IMG/VR virus record: IMGVR_UViG_3300042987_004038
Coordinates: 1 to 64,000 of that record
Direction: 5' to 3' (one strand)
DNA: 64,000 nt
Source of the DNA: a virus
Of this stretch, positions 32,049 to 43,060 are shown one piece after another (position 1 is the first letter of the stretch; each line of letters begins with the position of its first letter). The translations under genes and the position numbers were made by a program. Below the pieces are notes generated by a model. That model was not told the origin of the DNA. It was given only the letters and a program-made list of their open reading frames with translations, and did not search any database.

Positions 32049-33356
32049 ATGGGAAATAGATTAAATCAAGAAGAGAGAAGGAAGAGCTTCATTGTTGATA
32101 CATCAGTTCTTTTGTATGATAAGTGCTCCATTCACTCTTTGCCGGGAAATGATGTAATAATTCCTTTGGTTGTTCTTGACGAACTTGATAGATTTAAAGA
32201 AAAGCAAGGATTGCTAGGAGAATCAGCAAGATACATCAACAGATACCTCGACCAGCTTAGGACAAAAGGATCTTTGCATGACGGAGTCGAGATCGAAAAT
32301 GACCAGACAATAAGGGTCGATATTGACACTCACAATGTTCCTGAGAGCCTAGACGGTGCAACTGGAGATAACAAGATAATAGCCTGTGCTCTTCATCACA
32401 AAAACTCAGGATCAAACAAAGTTATTGTCATCACAAAAGACATAAATTTTAGAGTTAAATGTGACTCTCTAGGAATTAAAGCAGAAGATTACTACAAAGA
32501 TAGGATTGTCAAAGACAAGAGCCAGATGTATTCTGGCCTGGAAGAGATTGAGCTTGAAGACTCTTCTTTGATTGATAGCTTTTATAGAGACAACTTTGTA
32601 GATGTCTCAAAGATGAACTTTGATTTAAATGAAAATCAGTTTGTCATACTTAAGTGTGGAAATCAATCTGCAATAGGTGCCTACTATGATGGATCAATTA
32701 GACAACCAGTAAACAATATTACCAAAGTAATTGGAATAAGCCCGAGAAACAAAGAGCAGAAATTTGCGCTTGATCTCTTGACCAGAGATGATGTCCAGCT
32801 TGTAACAATGACAGGAATTGCAGGATCAGGAAAGACTTTCTTAACCCTGATGGCTGGATTATCAGGATTGCAAGAAAAGAAATACGATAGAATTGTCATC
32901 ACAAGATCTCTCCAGACAGTTGGTAAAGAGATAGGATTTCTACCGGGAGACATTGATGACAAGATGAGCCCGTGGCTTTCTCCTATATTGGATAATTTTA
33001 GACAGGCATTCAAAGATGTCACATACTTTGAAGCCATGAGACAGAAAGGACAAATTGAAATATCACCTCTTGCATTTATTAGAGGCAGAACTTTTAATAA
33101 TACCTTCTTAATAGTTGATGAAGCACAAAATTCTACTATTCATGAGCTGAAAACTATCATCACGCGAGTAGGAGAAAACTCCAAGATTGTTCTTCTTGGC
33201 GATACAGATCAGATCGATACACCGTATCTTGATAGCTTGTCGAATGGATTGACAATTACTATTGAGAAGTTTAAGAAGGAAAGGCTGACAGGTCATATAA
33301 CTCTTACAAAAGGAGAGAGATCTGCGCTAGCTACCTTGGCATCTCACCTGCTCTAG
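32049..33356 (+). CDS. phoH: PIN-domain PhoH-family ATPase
   Basis: IVDTSVLL PIN start; GIAGSGKT; GFLPGD; RGRTF; IVDEAQN; GDTDQID. Confidence 0.9.
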   Translation: MGNRLNQEERRKSFIVDTSVLLYDKCSIHSLPGNDVIIPLVVLDELDRFKEKQGLLGESARYINRYLDQLRTKGSLHDGVEIENDQTIRVDIDTHNVPESLDGATGDNKIIACALHHKNSGSNKVIVITKDINFRVKCDSLGIKAEDYYKDRIVKDKSQMYSGLEEIELEDSSLIDSFYRDNFVDVSKMNFDLNENQFVILKCGNQSAIGAYYDGSIRQPVNNITKVIGISPRNKEQKFALDLLTRDDVQLVTMTGIAGSGKTFLTLMAGLSGLQEKKYDRIVITRSLQTVGKEIGFLPGDIDDKMSPWLSPILDNFRQAFKDVTYFEAMRQKGQIEISPLAFIRGRTFNNTFLIVDEAQNSTIHELKTIITRVGENSKIVLLGDTDQIDTPYLDSLSNGLTITIEKFKKERLTGHITLTKGERSALATLASHLL

Positions 33357-33380
33357 ATATTTAAGAGTAAGGGTGCAAAA

Positions 33381-33710
33381 TTGGCCACAACAATACTCCA
33401 AAAGCGTGATCTTAACAGGTTTACCAAGATTTATCCTTATGCCAGATTTCAAAAGAGAGAGATAACAATAGTAGGAGAAGATTTCAAAGTTGAAACAGGC
33501 ATAATCAATTTTTCTAATGAATCTGGTCCAAAGATCTATAGCTTTTCACAGACTTTTTCTACAGCACCAGCCATTTCAGCTATTTCCGTTCAAACAACGG
33601 AAAATTCTAACGTAAATGTATTCGCTAGCACAGTTTCTACGACGTCAGTTACTTTTGAATCCAGCGCACCATTCACTGGACAAGTAACATTTACAGCAAT
33701 TCAGGCATAA
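33381..33710 (+). CDS. Small beta-rich structural protein (fibre-associated)
   Basis: FSQTFSTAPAI...VSTTSVTF; similar to the next ORF. Confidence 0.55.
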   Translation: MATTILQKRDLNRFTKIYPYARFQKREITIVGEDFKVETGIINFSNESGPKIYSFSQTFSTAPAISAISVQTTENSNVNVFASTVSTTSVTFESSAPFTGQVTFTAIQA

Positions 33711-33711
33711 A

Positions 33712-33942
33712 ATGATACAGATAGACACAACTGAGGTTAATTTTTCCAATCAGGAATTTTTAAACCTGAATTTTTCTCAACCATTTATGTCAATTCCTGC
33801 TATCTCTGCCATTCCAGTAACAGGAGCAGGATCTCCTTGCAACGTTGAGATATTTGTAAGTAACCTAACAACAACCGGATGCACACTTAATTCTTCATCT
33901 CGTTTTACGGGAAAAGTAAGAGTTGTTGCGGTGAGAGGATAA
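33712..33942 (+). CDS. Small beta-rich structural protein (fibre-associated)
   Basis: FSQPFMSIPAI...LTTTGCTL...FTGKV. Confidence 0.55.
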   Translation: MIQIDTTEVNFSNQEFLNLNFSQPFMSIPAISAIPVTGAGSPCNVEIFVSNLTTTGCTLNSSSRFTGKVRVVAVRG

Positions 33943-33946
33943 AAAG

Positions 33947-35890
33947 ATGGCAAGAGATTTTCTCGCTTCCCAGATTAGAACAAATCAGATAATAGCATCA
34001 AGAAGCTTTTCTTCTCAGCCATCTCTTTTTGTTATATCTGCTTCAAACGCAAACGGTCTAGGTGCAATAACTCCCACTATGGGAGCAGGATCAGACACAT
34101 TTTTATTTGTATCGGGAAGTAGATCATCTGATGCTTTAGTTGTGCTAGGTGGAAGTGTAAAGATCAGCGGATCTTTAACTGTATTTGACAATGTGACCCT
34201 TGGACAGAGTGCAGTTGATGTTATTGATTTTGAAGGAAGAATAGGATCAAATGTTGTTCCTTCTTCGAATAAATCCTACATCCTTGGAAATCCGTCATTT
34301 CAGTGGCTTGAAACACATTCAAGCACGGGATCATTTGAGCATCTATCTGTTTCACAAAGAGGCATCTTTCCGTCTCAGCTATCTGGATCAATACAGCGAA
34401 CATCCGCAGGAATATCATACCTTGTTGCAGGAACTGGTGTTACAATAGCATCAGCTTCTAACGGGCAGATAACAATCAGTTCAGCTGGTGGCGCTGGAAC
34501 TCCTGGAGGATCTAATACACAAGTTCAATTCAACGACAGTGGAGCCTTTGGAGGAGATGACGGATTAGTCTATGACAAGTCAACAAAAACTCTCATAGTT
34601 GGAAACTTACTTGTCACAGGATCAGTTACTGCAATTACTACATCAAATCTAACAGTTTCTGATCCTATCATCTACCTTGCATCTGGGTCTTCTGGGCCAA
34701 ACGTAAAGTCTGTGATTGCCTTTGCATCAGGATCTCAGGACATAAATAAGTCTTTGATATTTGGATCAATTGGCGCAAATGATATATTTGCATTTGCAAG
34801 ACAAGATGTTCAAGGAGGTACAATATCGCAGTCTTCCTTGTCGTTTACTGATCTTGCGCCAATAAGAGCTAGCAAACTGGAAATAGGAGGACCTGGTGCT
34901 GCATTAACTTCATCTGATGCATCCAGCGTCCTTTTGTTCTCAGATGCAGCTGGATCTATCAAGATTGTTCCAGGATCAATTGGATTAAGTTTAGGAAATA
35001 GCCTATCTTCAGTTGCAATCTCAGGATCAAATGTTAGATTTGGAAGTGATTCAAGTGAGTTTGGAGGTGAAATACCTCCAATTCCTGGAAATGACGTCTA
35101 TCTTTTTGTGTCAGGATCGGGATCATCAAAAAGAGCTCTATTTGGAGGTGACGCAGTCACTTCAGGATCTTTCATAGTAAAAGCATCTGGCGGATCAACA
35201 GCAGTAATTGCTAATCCTCTAGGAGTTTTGAGCGCATCATCGAACATTCAAGGCGGGGGAAATCTTCTGATTGCAGGAAATGCAACTGCTAGAGGGGGTC
35301 TTCTAACGCTTTCAAACACAGCAGGCGATGCTGCAATAAATCAGGATGGCTCTGGAAATTTCACAATAAGGAACCTCGTTAGCGGTGGTCAATTTTTGGC
35401 CAGCGTAAGAACGTCAGGTGGTGTAACATCGAATTTTCTTGATGTAAGACCCAACGGATCGCTAACGGGCTCTGTTATATCAATTTTTCCGTCATCTATC
35501 TACGCAGGAGCATCAAATCCATTCTTTTCGACAGACACTACCTTCTTCGTTGCAGGCAAGAGAGGAGCAAAAGATGGAATTAATAGAGGCACCGCGGTAT
35601 TTGGCGGAGATGCTGTCATATCAGGTTCAGCCTATATTGGGTCTGATGGGACAGATAAACTTGTCATTCTTGCCAACATAGGATCAGATATAATACCTGA
35701 TTCTAATGTCACCAGAAATCTAGGTTCACCTGTGAGAAGATTCGCGAATGTCTATACAGGAGACCTTCATCTGAAGAATGATAGGGGTGATTACACGCTC
35801 ATTGAAGAAGAAGAATGTCTAACAATCAGATTCAACAAGACAGGAAAAAGATACAAGTTTGTTCTCGAACCTGCCCCAGAATTTGACTAA
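33947..35890 (+). CDS. Putative tail-fibre/structural protein (Gly/Ser-rich)
   Basis: SGS repeats, GGSNTQVQFNDSGAFGG, C-terminal YTGDLHLKNDRGDYTLIEE. Confidence 0.7.
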   Translation: MARDFLASQIRTNQIIASRSFSSQPSLFVISASNANGLGAITPTMGAGSDTFLFVSGSRSSDALVVLGGSVKISGSLTVFDNVTLGQSAVDVIDFEGRIGSNVVPSSNKSYILGNPSFQWLETHSSTGSFEHLSVSQRGIFPSQLSGSIQRTSAGISYLVAGTGVTIASASNGQITISSAGGAGTPGGSNTQVQFNDSGAFGGDDGLVYDKSTKTLIVGNLLVTGSVTAITTSNLTVSDPIIYLASGSSGPNVKSVIAFASGSQDINKSLIFGSIGANDIFAFARQDVQGGTISQSSLSFTDLAPIRASKLEIGGPGAALTSSDASSVLLFSDAAGSIKIVPGSIGLSLGNSLSSVAISGSNVRFGSDSSEFGGEIPPIPGNDVYLFVSGSGSSKRALFGGDAVTSGSFIVKASGGSTAVIANPLGVLSASSNIQGGGNLLIAGNATARGGLLTLSNTAGDAAINQDGSGNFTIRNLVSGGQFLASVRTSGGVTSNFLDVRPNGSLTGSVISIFPSSIYAGASNPFFSTDTTFFVAGKRGAKDGINRGTAVFGGDAVISGSAYIGSDGTDKLVILANIGSDIIPDSNVTRNLGSPVRRFANVYTGDLHLKNDRGDYTLIEEEECLTIRFNKTGKRYKFVLEPAPEFD

Positions 35891-35947
35891 AAAACAACGG
35901 GCACAGCATATTAACAAGAGCACGATAGATATTCGAAAGAGGTAAAA

Positions 35948-38176
35948 ATGGCTTTAGTTGGAAATATTTCAGGATCAGGTGGAGTTAGTAACACAATCGG
36001 CATAACGGGATCTTTGATTATTGCCAATCCCGGAACTGCAGTATTTCCTACATTTCCAGGGTCAGACGTAGCCCTATTTGTTTCGGGAAACATTGCATCA
36101 AAGCCTGCAACATCGCCCGATCTTTCTGTTAGAGGAACGACAGTCTTCGGAGGCGATGTTGTAATTAGTGGTACGCTCTTTGGTGGCTCACCACTTTACA
36201 TTGGTTCATTCCTATCAGCATCTCAGGGTGCAGAGATTGGTGGAACTGTTACATTTACAGGCACTACAGCTCCAAAATTCAATAATGGTCTATCTGGATC
36301 ACTAACGAATCTTACTGATGGTACGAGCTACCTCATAGCCGGATCAAACATTACCATTGCTACCGGCACAAACGGTGCAGTTACTATTAGCTCCACTGCA
36401 GCAGGAGGAGGATCAAACTTCTTCCTTGATACTGCAGGCGCTGGAAAGATCTACACGACAGCTAGCTCTGTTACTTTTCCTTTCGGAGAATTATTAGTTG
36501 ATGAAGCAGCAGATAAAGGAACAGATGTTGTCTTCTATGTTTCCGGATCTGCATCTGGCACTGCTACCGCTCTATTTTCTGGAAATATTGTCACATCTGG
36601 ATCAGTTAAGATTGCAGGAAATATAACAGGTGACAATACAGGACCAAGAACAATATTTGGAGATGTTGTTGGAATAACAATTGGAGGGGCTTCCAGCACA
36701 ATTACTTCTCCAGGAAACTTAACAGTCAATGGAAATTTGACCGTTAATGGAACAACAACCACAATAGACACAACTAACCTTCTTGTTAAAGATCCAGTTA
36801 TCCTCATGGCCTCGGGCGCAGCGGGTCCCAATAGAAACGGAGGAATAGCAATCTTTTCTGGATCTTCGGATGCAACTGCTCCGGGCGCTAGGACAGAGCT
36901 TGTATTTGGTCGAGTTGCGAACGATACATGGGGCGCCGGAAAGTTCAATACAGATAATGGAACATCGACAGATCTTACAGGTATGACGTTGCTTCCTGTA
37001 AGGGCTTCAAAGTTTGAAGTTGGAAGCACAAATGCTTATATTACATCTTCAAACGGCAGCGCAGTTTTAATAAATGCTGCGTCATCAAATACCATAGGCT
37101 TCAGCTTCGGTGGAATCGGATTTGCAGAGATTCTTGAATCCGGTGTTGATGCAAAATTTGGATCAACGGGGACAAAAAATCTTGTTCTAAGTGGTACCAG
37201 CATCTCAATGGTCGCAGGTGCAAACGGAACAACGTTCCAGAGAGACACAAGTGTTATTGGAGCTATAACGGGAGTTACCGCTACAAGCATGACTCTTGCT
37301 GCACGTTCAGGTGCAACAGCAACCTCTCTTGTTCTATCTGGATCTGGATTGACGCTGGGCGCAAACTCTACAGTTGTAGACTTCCAGTTTGGAACAGGCG
37401 CAGGATCTCTAAGGGGTGTGGCATCTAGTGCCAACGGATTTACTCTTGGATCACAGGCTGGAGTAAATCTAAATCTCAGCGGATCCAATAACCTCTTGAT
37501 GCGTCACGGTGCAACAGGGGTTGGATTTCAGCAGCATTCTCTGCCATACCTAACGATAAATTCAGGATCAATTACTCTTTCTACAAATACTGCACTTATA
37601 ACGGCAGATGCTGGAAAGGCTCTCTTGGTTGGCGGATCTCTGACTACGGTTGTTAGCGGTTCTGACATATTCCTAGATTCTTCAGCAAATGGTGTAACAC
37701 TCAGGAAAGATTCAGCATCTTTTGCACAAATCTCTTCTCCAGCTGCAAACACATTCACAATTGCACCTGCCGCTACATTCACAACAGCAAATATTGTTAA
37801 CACTGTTGCAACTACAGTGAATTTTGCAGGATTTGCATCAACATTGCTGAACATGGGAAATACAGCCGGAAGTACAGTAATTTCAGGATCTGTAACAATG
37901 CCGGGATCTCTATCAGTTCAGGGCGCCGTGACGCTGGGAGATGGTGTTGGTGATAATATCACGTTTACAGGTCGTGCAGCATCAAGCCTGGTTCCAAATG
38001 CAAATAACTCATTCGATCTTGGTCAGCCAGATCTTAGGTGGCGAAACATGTACACCGGTGACTTGCATCTCAAAAACGAGCGAGGAGACTGGACAATTAT
38101 AGAGGAAAGAGATTTCCTTACAATTACAAACAATCACACAGGAAGAAGATACAAGTTTGTAATGCAAGAGATCTAA
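35948..38176 (+). CDS. Putative tail-fibre/structural protein, paralog of previous
   Basis: GNLTVNGNLTVNGTTTTIDTTNL; C-terminal YTGDLHLKNERGDWTIIEE. Confidence 0.7.
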   Translation: MALVGNISGSGGVSNTIGITGSLIIANPGTAVFPTFPGSDVALFVSGNIASKPATSPDLSVRGTTVFGGDVVISGTLFGGSPLYIGSFLSASQGAEIGGTVTFTGTTAPKFNNGLSGSLTNLTDGTSYLIAGSNITIATGTNGAVTISSTAAGGGSNFFLDTAGAGKIYTTASSVTFPFGELLVDEAADKGTDVVFYVSGSASGTATALFSGNIVTSGSVKIAGNITGDNTGPRTIFGDVVGITIGGASSTITSPGNLTVNGNLTVNGTTTTIDTTNLLVKDPVILMASGAAGPNRNGGIAIFSGSSDATAPGARTELVFGRVANDTWGAGKFNTDNGTSTDLTGMTLLPVRASKFEVGSTNAYITSSNGSAVLINAASSNTIGFSFGGIGFAEILESGVDAKFGSTGTKNLVLSGTSISMVAGANGTTFQRDTSVIGAITGVTATSMTLAARSGATATSLVLSGSGLTLGANSTVVDFQFGTGAGSLRGVASSANGFTLGSQAGVNLNLSGSNNLLMRHGATGVGFQQHSLPYLTINSGSITLSTNTALITADAGKALLVGGSLTTVVSGSDIFLDSSANGVTLRKDSASFAQISSPAANTFTIAPAATFTTANIVNTVATTVNFAGFASTLLNMGNTAGSTVISGSVTMPGSLSVQGAVTLGDGVGDNITFTGRAASSLVPNANNSFDLGQPDLRWRNMYTGDLHLKNERGDWTIIEERDFLTITNNHTGRRYKFVMQEI

Positions 38177-38193
38177 GACAAGATAGATTATAG

Positions 38194-38225
38194 AAAATCC
38201 CAGGCCTTTTGGGCCTGGGATTTTT
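38194..38225 (+). terminator. Intrinsic terminator
   Basis: AAAATCCCAGGCC-TTTTG-GGCCTGGGATTTTT. Confidence 0.85.
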
Positions 38226-38263
38226 GTTTAAACATTATGAATTGTTTGACTACTATTTGATTT

Positions 38264-40102
38264 ATGAATGATAAGATAATTTTTGTAGCTGATCTTTTTT
38301 CTGAAGACTACGCAGGTGGCGCTGAGTTAACGACAGAAGCGCTAATAAGCAAGAACCCAATTAACACAGTTAAGATTCTTTCTAGAAACTTGAACATGCA
38401 AATCATGCAGCAATACGCAGATTGCGTGTGGGTCTTTGGAAATTTTGCATCCCTTGACTTCAATTTAATACCTGCAATTGCAACAAATCTTAGATACGTC
38501 ATTCTCGAGTATGACTACAAGTTTTGTAAATACAGATCAGTTGAAAAGCACTTAATAGAGACAGGGAGTCAGTGTGATTGTCACGATAGGGAAATAGGAA
38601 AACTAGTATCCGCTTTTTATTATGCGTCAGATCACATCTTTTGGATGTCTTTAGAACAGAGAAGCCGATATCTTGAAAGATTTCCATTTTTATCCGATAA
38701 AAAGACTACTGTCCTAAGCTCAGTCTTCAGCGATAACTTCTTTGAAAAAATTTCATCAATAAATTCTGACAAAAGGAAGAGAGATGGATGGATTGTTCTT
38801 GGTTCAAAATCTTGGATCAAGGGAGCAGATGATGCAGAATCCTGGTGCAAGGAGAATGGAAAAAAATATGAGATAGTATGGGATATTCCCTATGAAAAAA
38901 TGCTTGATAAGTTTTCCATTGCAGAAGGATTTGTCTATCTCCCGAAAGGAGGAGATACTTGCCCAAGGATGGTAATAGAGGCAAAGCTTCTTGGCTGCAG
39001 TATTGTCACAAACAGCAATGTCCAGCATGCAACTGAGGAATGGTTCCAGTCAGCGCCAGATGACATCTGTTCCTATCTAAAGGGAAGACCTGATGTGTTC
39101 TGGGGCGAGGTAATTCGAATCAATCAGAACCAACCCAGCATATCAGGATACACTACGACGCTTGACTGCATTAAGCACAGGTATCCCTTTGAAGAATCAA
39201 TCAGATCCATGATAGGATTTTGTGACGAAGTCGTTATTGTCGACGGAGGGTCAACTGATGGAACCTGGGAAGTTCTTCAGAATTGGGCACAAAATGAGAA
39301 GAAGCTTAAAATAGTGCAAAACAAGAGAGACTGGTCTCACAAGAGATTCGCTGTCTTCGATGGAGACCAGAAGGCTGTTGCAAGAAGCTATTGCACCGGT
39401 GATTTTTGCTGGCAAATGGATGCTGATGAAGTCCTGCCAGCAGCTGATTGGGAAAAGGTAAGAAATATTTGTAAAAATTTCCCAAAGAATACAAATCTGA
39501 TATGTCTGCCAGTTGTTGAATACTGGGGATCAAAAGAAAAAGTTAGAATGGATATTACACCCTGGAAGTGGCGGCTTAGTAGAAATCTTCCTCACATCAC
39601 GCACGGCATTCCTGCAAGTCTTCGCAGGGTTGATGAAAATGGAGATACATTCGCGCAACAAGGAACTGATGGATGTGATTACATCAATTCGAAGACCGGA
39701 GAACATATCTCAGCTGCAAACTTCTATACAGAGGAGGCGCATCGTGCCAGAATTGCAGCGCTAAACGGTCATGTCGAGGCACGACATGCATTCCAGGAAT
39801 GGTTTAAGAACGCAATCAGTGTTCTCCCATCTCCCAGGCATTTCTCATGGTTTGATATTGAGAGAAAAATTAGGACTTATAGGGATTACTGGCAAAAACA
39901 CTGGGAAAGCTTGTACGATATTAAGCAAGAAGATACACCTGAAAACAACATGTTCTTTGATAAGTCTTGGAAAGACGTGTCTGATGATGAAATCACTAAT
40001 TTATCAAGTAGGCTTTCTAGAGAAATGGGAGGGTGGATATTTCACAGAAAGATTGACTGGAATCAAAAGACACCCTATATGACAATATCTGAAAATGAAT
40101 AA
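38264..40102 (+). CDS. Two-domain glycosyltransferase (GT-B-like plus GT2)
   Basis: GGAE, DTCPRMVIEAKLLGC; then DEVVIVDGGSTDGT and MDADE. Confidence 0.8.
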   Translation: MNDKIIFVADLFSEDYAGGAELTTEALISKNPINTVKILSRNLNMQIMQQYADCVWVFGNFASLDFNLIPAIATNLRYVILEYDYKFCKYRSVEKHLIETGSQCDCHDREIGKLVSAFYYASDHIFWMSLEQRSRYLERFPFLSDKKTTVLSSVFSDNFFEKISSINSDKRKRDGWIVLGSKSWIKGADDAESWCKENGKKYEIVWDIPYEKMLDKFSIAEGFVYLPKGGDTCPRMVIEAKLLGCSIVTNSNVQHATEEWFQSAPDDICSYLKGRPDVFWGEVIRINQNQPSISGYTTTLDCIKHRYPFEESIRSMIGFCDEVVIVDGGSTDGTWEVLQNWAQNEKKLKIVQNKRDWSHKRFAVFDGDQKAVARSYCTGDFCWQMDADEVLPAADWEKVRNICKNFPKNTNLICLPVVEYWGSKEKVRMDITPWKWRLSRNLPHITHGIPASLRRVDENGDTFAQQGTDGCDYINSKTGEHISAANFYTEEAHRARIAALNGHVEARHAFQEWFKNAISVLPSPRHFSWFDIERKIRTYRDYWQKHWESLYDIKQEDTPENNMFFDKSWKDVSDDEITNLSSRLSREMGGWIFHRKIDWNQKTPYMTISENE

Positions 40103-40835
40103 GTTTCATTTTATTGTTCCTGCTTTTAATTGCAGAAAAGAAATTGAGAGTACCCTCTGGTCAATTGTTGGTCAGACTTATAAAAATTGGACTGCAACAA
40201 TAATTGATGATTTGTCAACAGACGGAACTGGAGAGTTTTGCGAAGACTTCTTTAGAAAAATTGGGATGTCTAATAAAGCTAGAGTCATCTATCGGACTGA
40301 AAAATTTGGAGAGACTAAAAACACTGTCGACGTCTGTTCGACATTAGATGAAGATGAGATAGTCGTTAGACTAGATGCAGGAGACTGGATTACAGATCTT
40401 GGTTGCCTCCAGATATTGGATTCAGTTTACGCATCTCATGATCCCGCTGTTTTGTGGACAGCGCACAGATGGGCATGGACAAACCAAAATATTTCTGGAC
40501 CAATTGACCCAAACATTTCAGTGTATGACCAGCCCTGGAGAAGTAGTCACCTAAAAACATTTAGGGTTAGAGATTTCAAGGGTCTTGGCATAAAAAACTT
40601 CCTAGACGAAGAAGGAAACTATATTGTTATAGCTTGTGATCAAGCTGTATTCTTGCCAATGATGGAAAGGGCCAGAAGGAAGGGTCGCCCTCTTGTATTT
40701 CTTCCTATGGTCATGTATCATTACTCAATAGATCTCCATAAGCCTGATCTTTTTACTTGCGACAGATCATTAAGGCAAAAGCAGAGCGCTGAATGGATAA
40801 GATCTCGAGGCTTTATAGATGAGAATACTATTTGA
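40095..40835 (+). CDS. GT2 family glycosyltransferase
   Basis: IVPAFN...QTYKNW...IIDDLSTDGT. Confidence 0.85.
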   Translation: MNKFHFIVPAFNCRKEIESTLWSIVGQTYKNWTATIIDDLSTDGTGEFCEDFFRKIGMSNKARVIYRTEKFGETKNTVDVCSTLDEDEIVVRLDAGDWITDLGCLQILDSVYASHDPAVLWTAHRWAWTNQNISGPIDPNISVYDQPWRSSHLKTFRVRDFKGLGIKNFLDEEGNYIVIACDQAVFLPMMERARRKGRPLVFLPMVMYHYSIDLHKPDLFTCDRSLRQKQSAEWIRSRGFIDENTI

Positions 40836-41736
40836 AAATGTTGACTTCAATTCAAGGACCGGACCAAATGGATTCGGGCTAAAGCTAGCAAAGAATTTGA
40901 TCAAAGCTGGAAACGAGATTGTATCGAACAATCCTGATGTTTGTTTGTCGTTTATTCAAAGCACTAATTCATTTTTTCCTACTGTTCTTAGGCTTGATGG
41001 AATTTACTTCAATTCAGATCAAGATTGGCAGAAAATGAATGAATTAATCAAGTGTAGCTATCAAAAATCTGAGTCAGTTATTATCCAGAGCCATTTTGAC
41101 AAAGATTTAGTGTTTAAATTTTTTGGACAAAGAGAAAATGTTTTTGTAATACCTAACGGGACAGATATCGGAGAAATATCAAAAATTAATCCCGCGATTG
41201 ATCCAAATAGATTTCCGCGTGAGAAAGTCTGGATGTGTGCATCTTCGTGGAGACCTCACAAAAGGCTTGATGAAAATATAAGACTTTTCCAGGAGAGAGC
41301 AGATAGTGATAGTGTTCTTCTCATTGCAGGTTCTAACATTGAGAGAAACATCTTTCGAAAAGAAAGAATAGACCAGAGAATCAGGATCTTGGGAGATCTA
41401 AGCTGGGAACAAATGATTTCATGCATGAAATCGTCAGGAAATTTTTTACACCTTGCATGGCTTGATCATTGTCCGAATGTTGTAATTGACGCAAAAGCAG
41501 CAGGATGCAAAGTTCACGTCTCAAATTCTGGAGGAACTCCAGAGATTATTGATGAAGAAGATTTTCTATATGAAGATTCATATTTTGATTTTTCCCCGGT
41601 CAGTCTTTATTCTCCCCCTGAATTGAATTTTGTTGAAATGAAAATAAACAAAATCAAAAAATTTGATTTTGACATTTCTTCTTCTGCATCAAAGTACTAT
41701 AGTGTAATGAAGGATTGTTATGAAAAAAACCTCTGA
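40819..41736 (+). CDS. GT4-like glycosyltransferase
   Basis: VIPNG, WRPHKRL, DHCPNVVIDAKAAGC...GGTPEI. Confidence 0.8.
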   Translation: MRILFENVDFNSRTGPNGFGLKLAKNLIKAGNEIVSNNPDVCLSFIQSTNSFFPTVLRLDGIYFNSDQDWQKMNELIKCSYQKSESVIIQSHFDKDLVFKFFGQRENVFVIPNGTDIGEISKINPAIDPNRFPREKVWMCASSWRPHKRLDENIRLFQERADSDSVLLIAGSNIERNIFRKERIDQRIRILGDLSWEQMISCMKSSGNFLHLAWLDHCPNVVIDAKAAGCKVHVSNSGGTPEIIDEEDFLYEDSYFDFSPVSLYSPPELNFVEMKINKIKKFDFDISSSASKYYSVMKDCYEKNL

Positions 41737-42970
41737 ATATGAATCATATGAGGACTACTGCACACGGCAGATGTCAAAAACACTCAATCCAGAAAAAAGA
41801 GAAAAGTGGCTGAGAGAAGAGTGGAATCCAAAGATTGAAGGTTTTATTCAGATATTTTCAAGATTTTCTGGATTTTTGAAACCTGACTCCAGAGTTCTGT
41901 GCATAGGAGCAAGAACTGGTCAAGAGGTTGTTGCCCTAAATAGGCTAGGAATAAAAGATGTCACGGGAATTGATCTTGTTGAGTGCCCTCCCCATGTAAT
42001 CAAGGGAGACATGCATAATTTGTCATTTGATGATGAATCATTTGATTTTGTTTTTTCAAATATTTTTGATCACTCTTTGTATCCAAAGAAGTTTATAAGT
42101 GAGATTGAGAGAGTCTTGAAAGTTGATGGAATTTGTTCTTTACAATTCCAGATAAGCATAAATCAAGATGAATTCACAGAGCACATTATAGAAAATCCTT
42201 TTTATGACATTTTGCCTCTTTTTGATATTTCATATTGTCACCATGTCGAGAGCTTTCCTCCCAACTTTGCTGGCATGAATTTTGAAGTTATAATGAGAAA
42301 AGACAGAGATCTAACTTCTATATTCAAGAATTATGGTACAATCGAGACGATTGAGGTTCCTGATGATTTCAATAGTCTTTGGTTTGATATCAATCTTCCA
42401 ATCCAATCAAAGAAGCTTGATGATGCAAGAATTTTTGATCCAGATGAGAGAGAAAATATTTTAAACAAGCTTTCAAAGCGAGCGTATTTCTTGGCTGTTC
42501 ATGCTAAGCAATATAATTCAAAAAATATAGCTGAAGTTGGAACAGCTGAGGGTTGGCAATTCTATACGTTTTGCAAAGCTTTAACAGATGAAGATTCTAT
42601 CTGGTCTTGTGATATTAGAGACGCAAGAAGCAAAAAATACAAGGACACTTTTAAATCAGAAAGATTTGTCAATGGAAACAGTCTAGAGCTTGCAAAGAAA
42701 ATCAAAGAAAGCAATCAAAAGATAGATTTTTTCTACATCGATGGTGCACATGATAAGGGATCTGTTATAAATGATGTCATTTCCCTGTTAGATGTACAGG
42801 GAGAGAATCCTGTTTGGGTTTTTGATGATTTCGATCAGAGATTTGGATGCTTTGAAGACATTATCAATATTTCTGTATCTTCAAAGCATTTCAAGGTCTA
42901 TACACTTGGAAAGACTGCTAGCGGTAATCCTACACATCAAGTAATGTGTAAATCAAAGTTTATCAACTAG
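41720..42970 (+). CDS. Tandem class I SAM-dependent methyltransferase
   Basis: LCIGARTG...GDMHNLSFDDESFD; second domain AEVGTAEG...YIDGAH. Confidence 0.8.
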   Translation: MKKTSEYESYEDYCTRQMSKTLNPEKREKWLREEWNPKIEGFIQIFSRFSGFLKPDSRVLCIGARTGQEVVALNRLGIKDVTGIDLVECPPHVIKGDMHNLSFDDESFDFVFSNIFDHSLYPKKFISEIERVLKVDGICSLQFQISINQDEFTEHIIENPFYDILPLFDISYCHHVESFPPNFAGMNFEVIMRKDRDLTSIFKNYGTIETIEVPDDFNSLWFDINLPIQSKKLDDARIFDPDERENILNKLSKRAYFLAVHAKQYNSKNIAEVGTAEGWQFYTFCKALTDEDSIWSCDIRDARSKKYKDTFKSERFVNGNSLELAKKIKESNQKIDFFYIDGAHDKGSVINDVISLLDVQGENPVWVFDDFDQRFGCFEDIINISVSSKHFKVYTLGKTASGNPTHQVMCKSKFIN

Positions 42971-43060
42971 CTAATGAGTCTAGCCTACCATGTATCTGCT
43001 AGACAATGTCTTAAAAATTTTCTCAAAATTAAAGTATAATTCAATGGAAGAGGTCTATCT

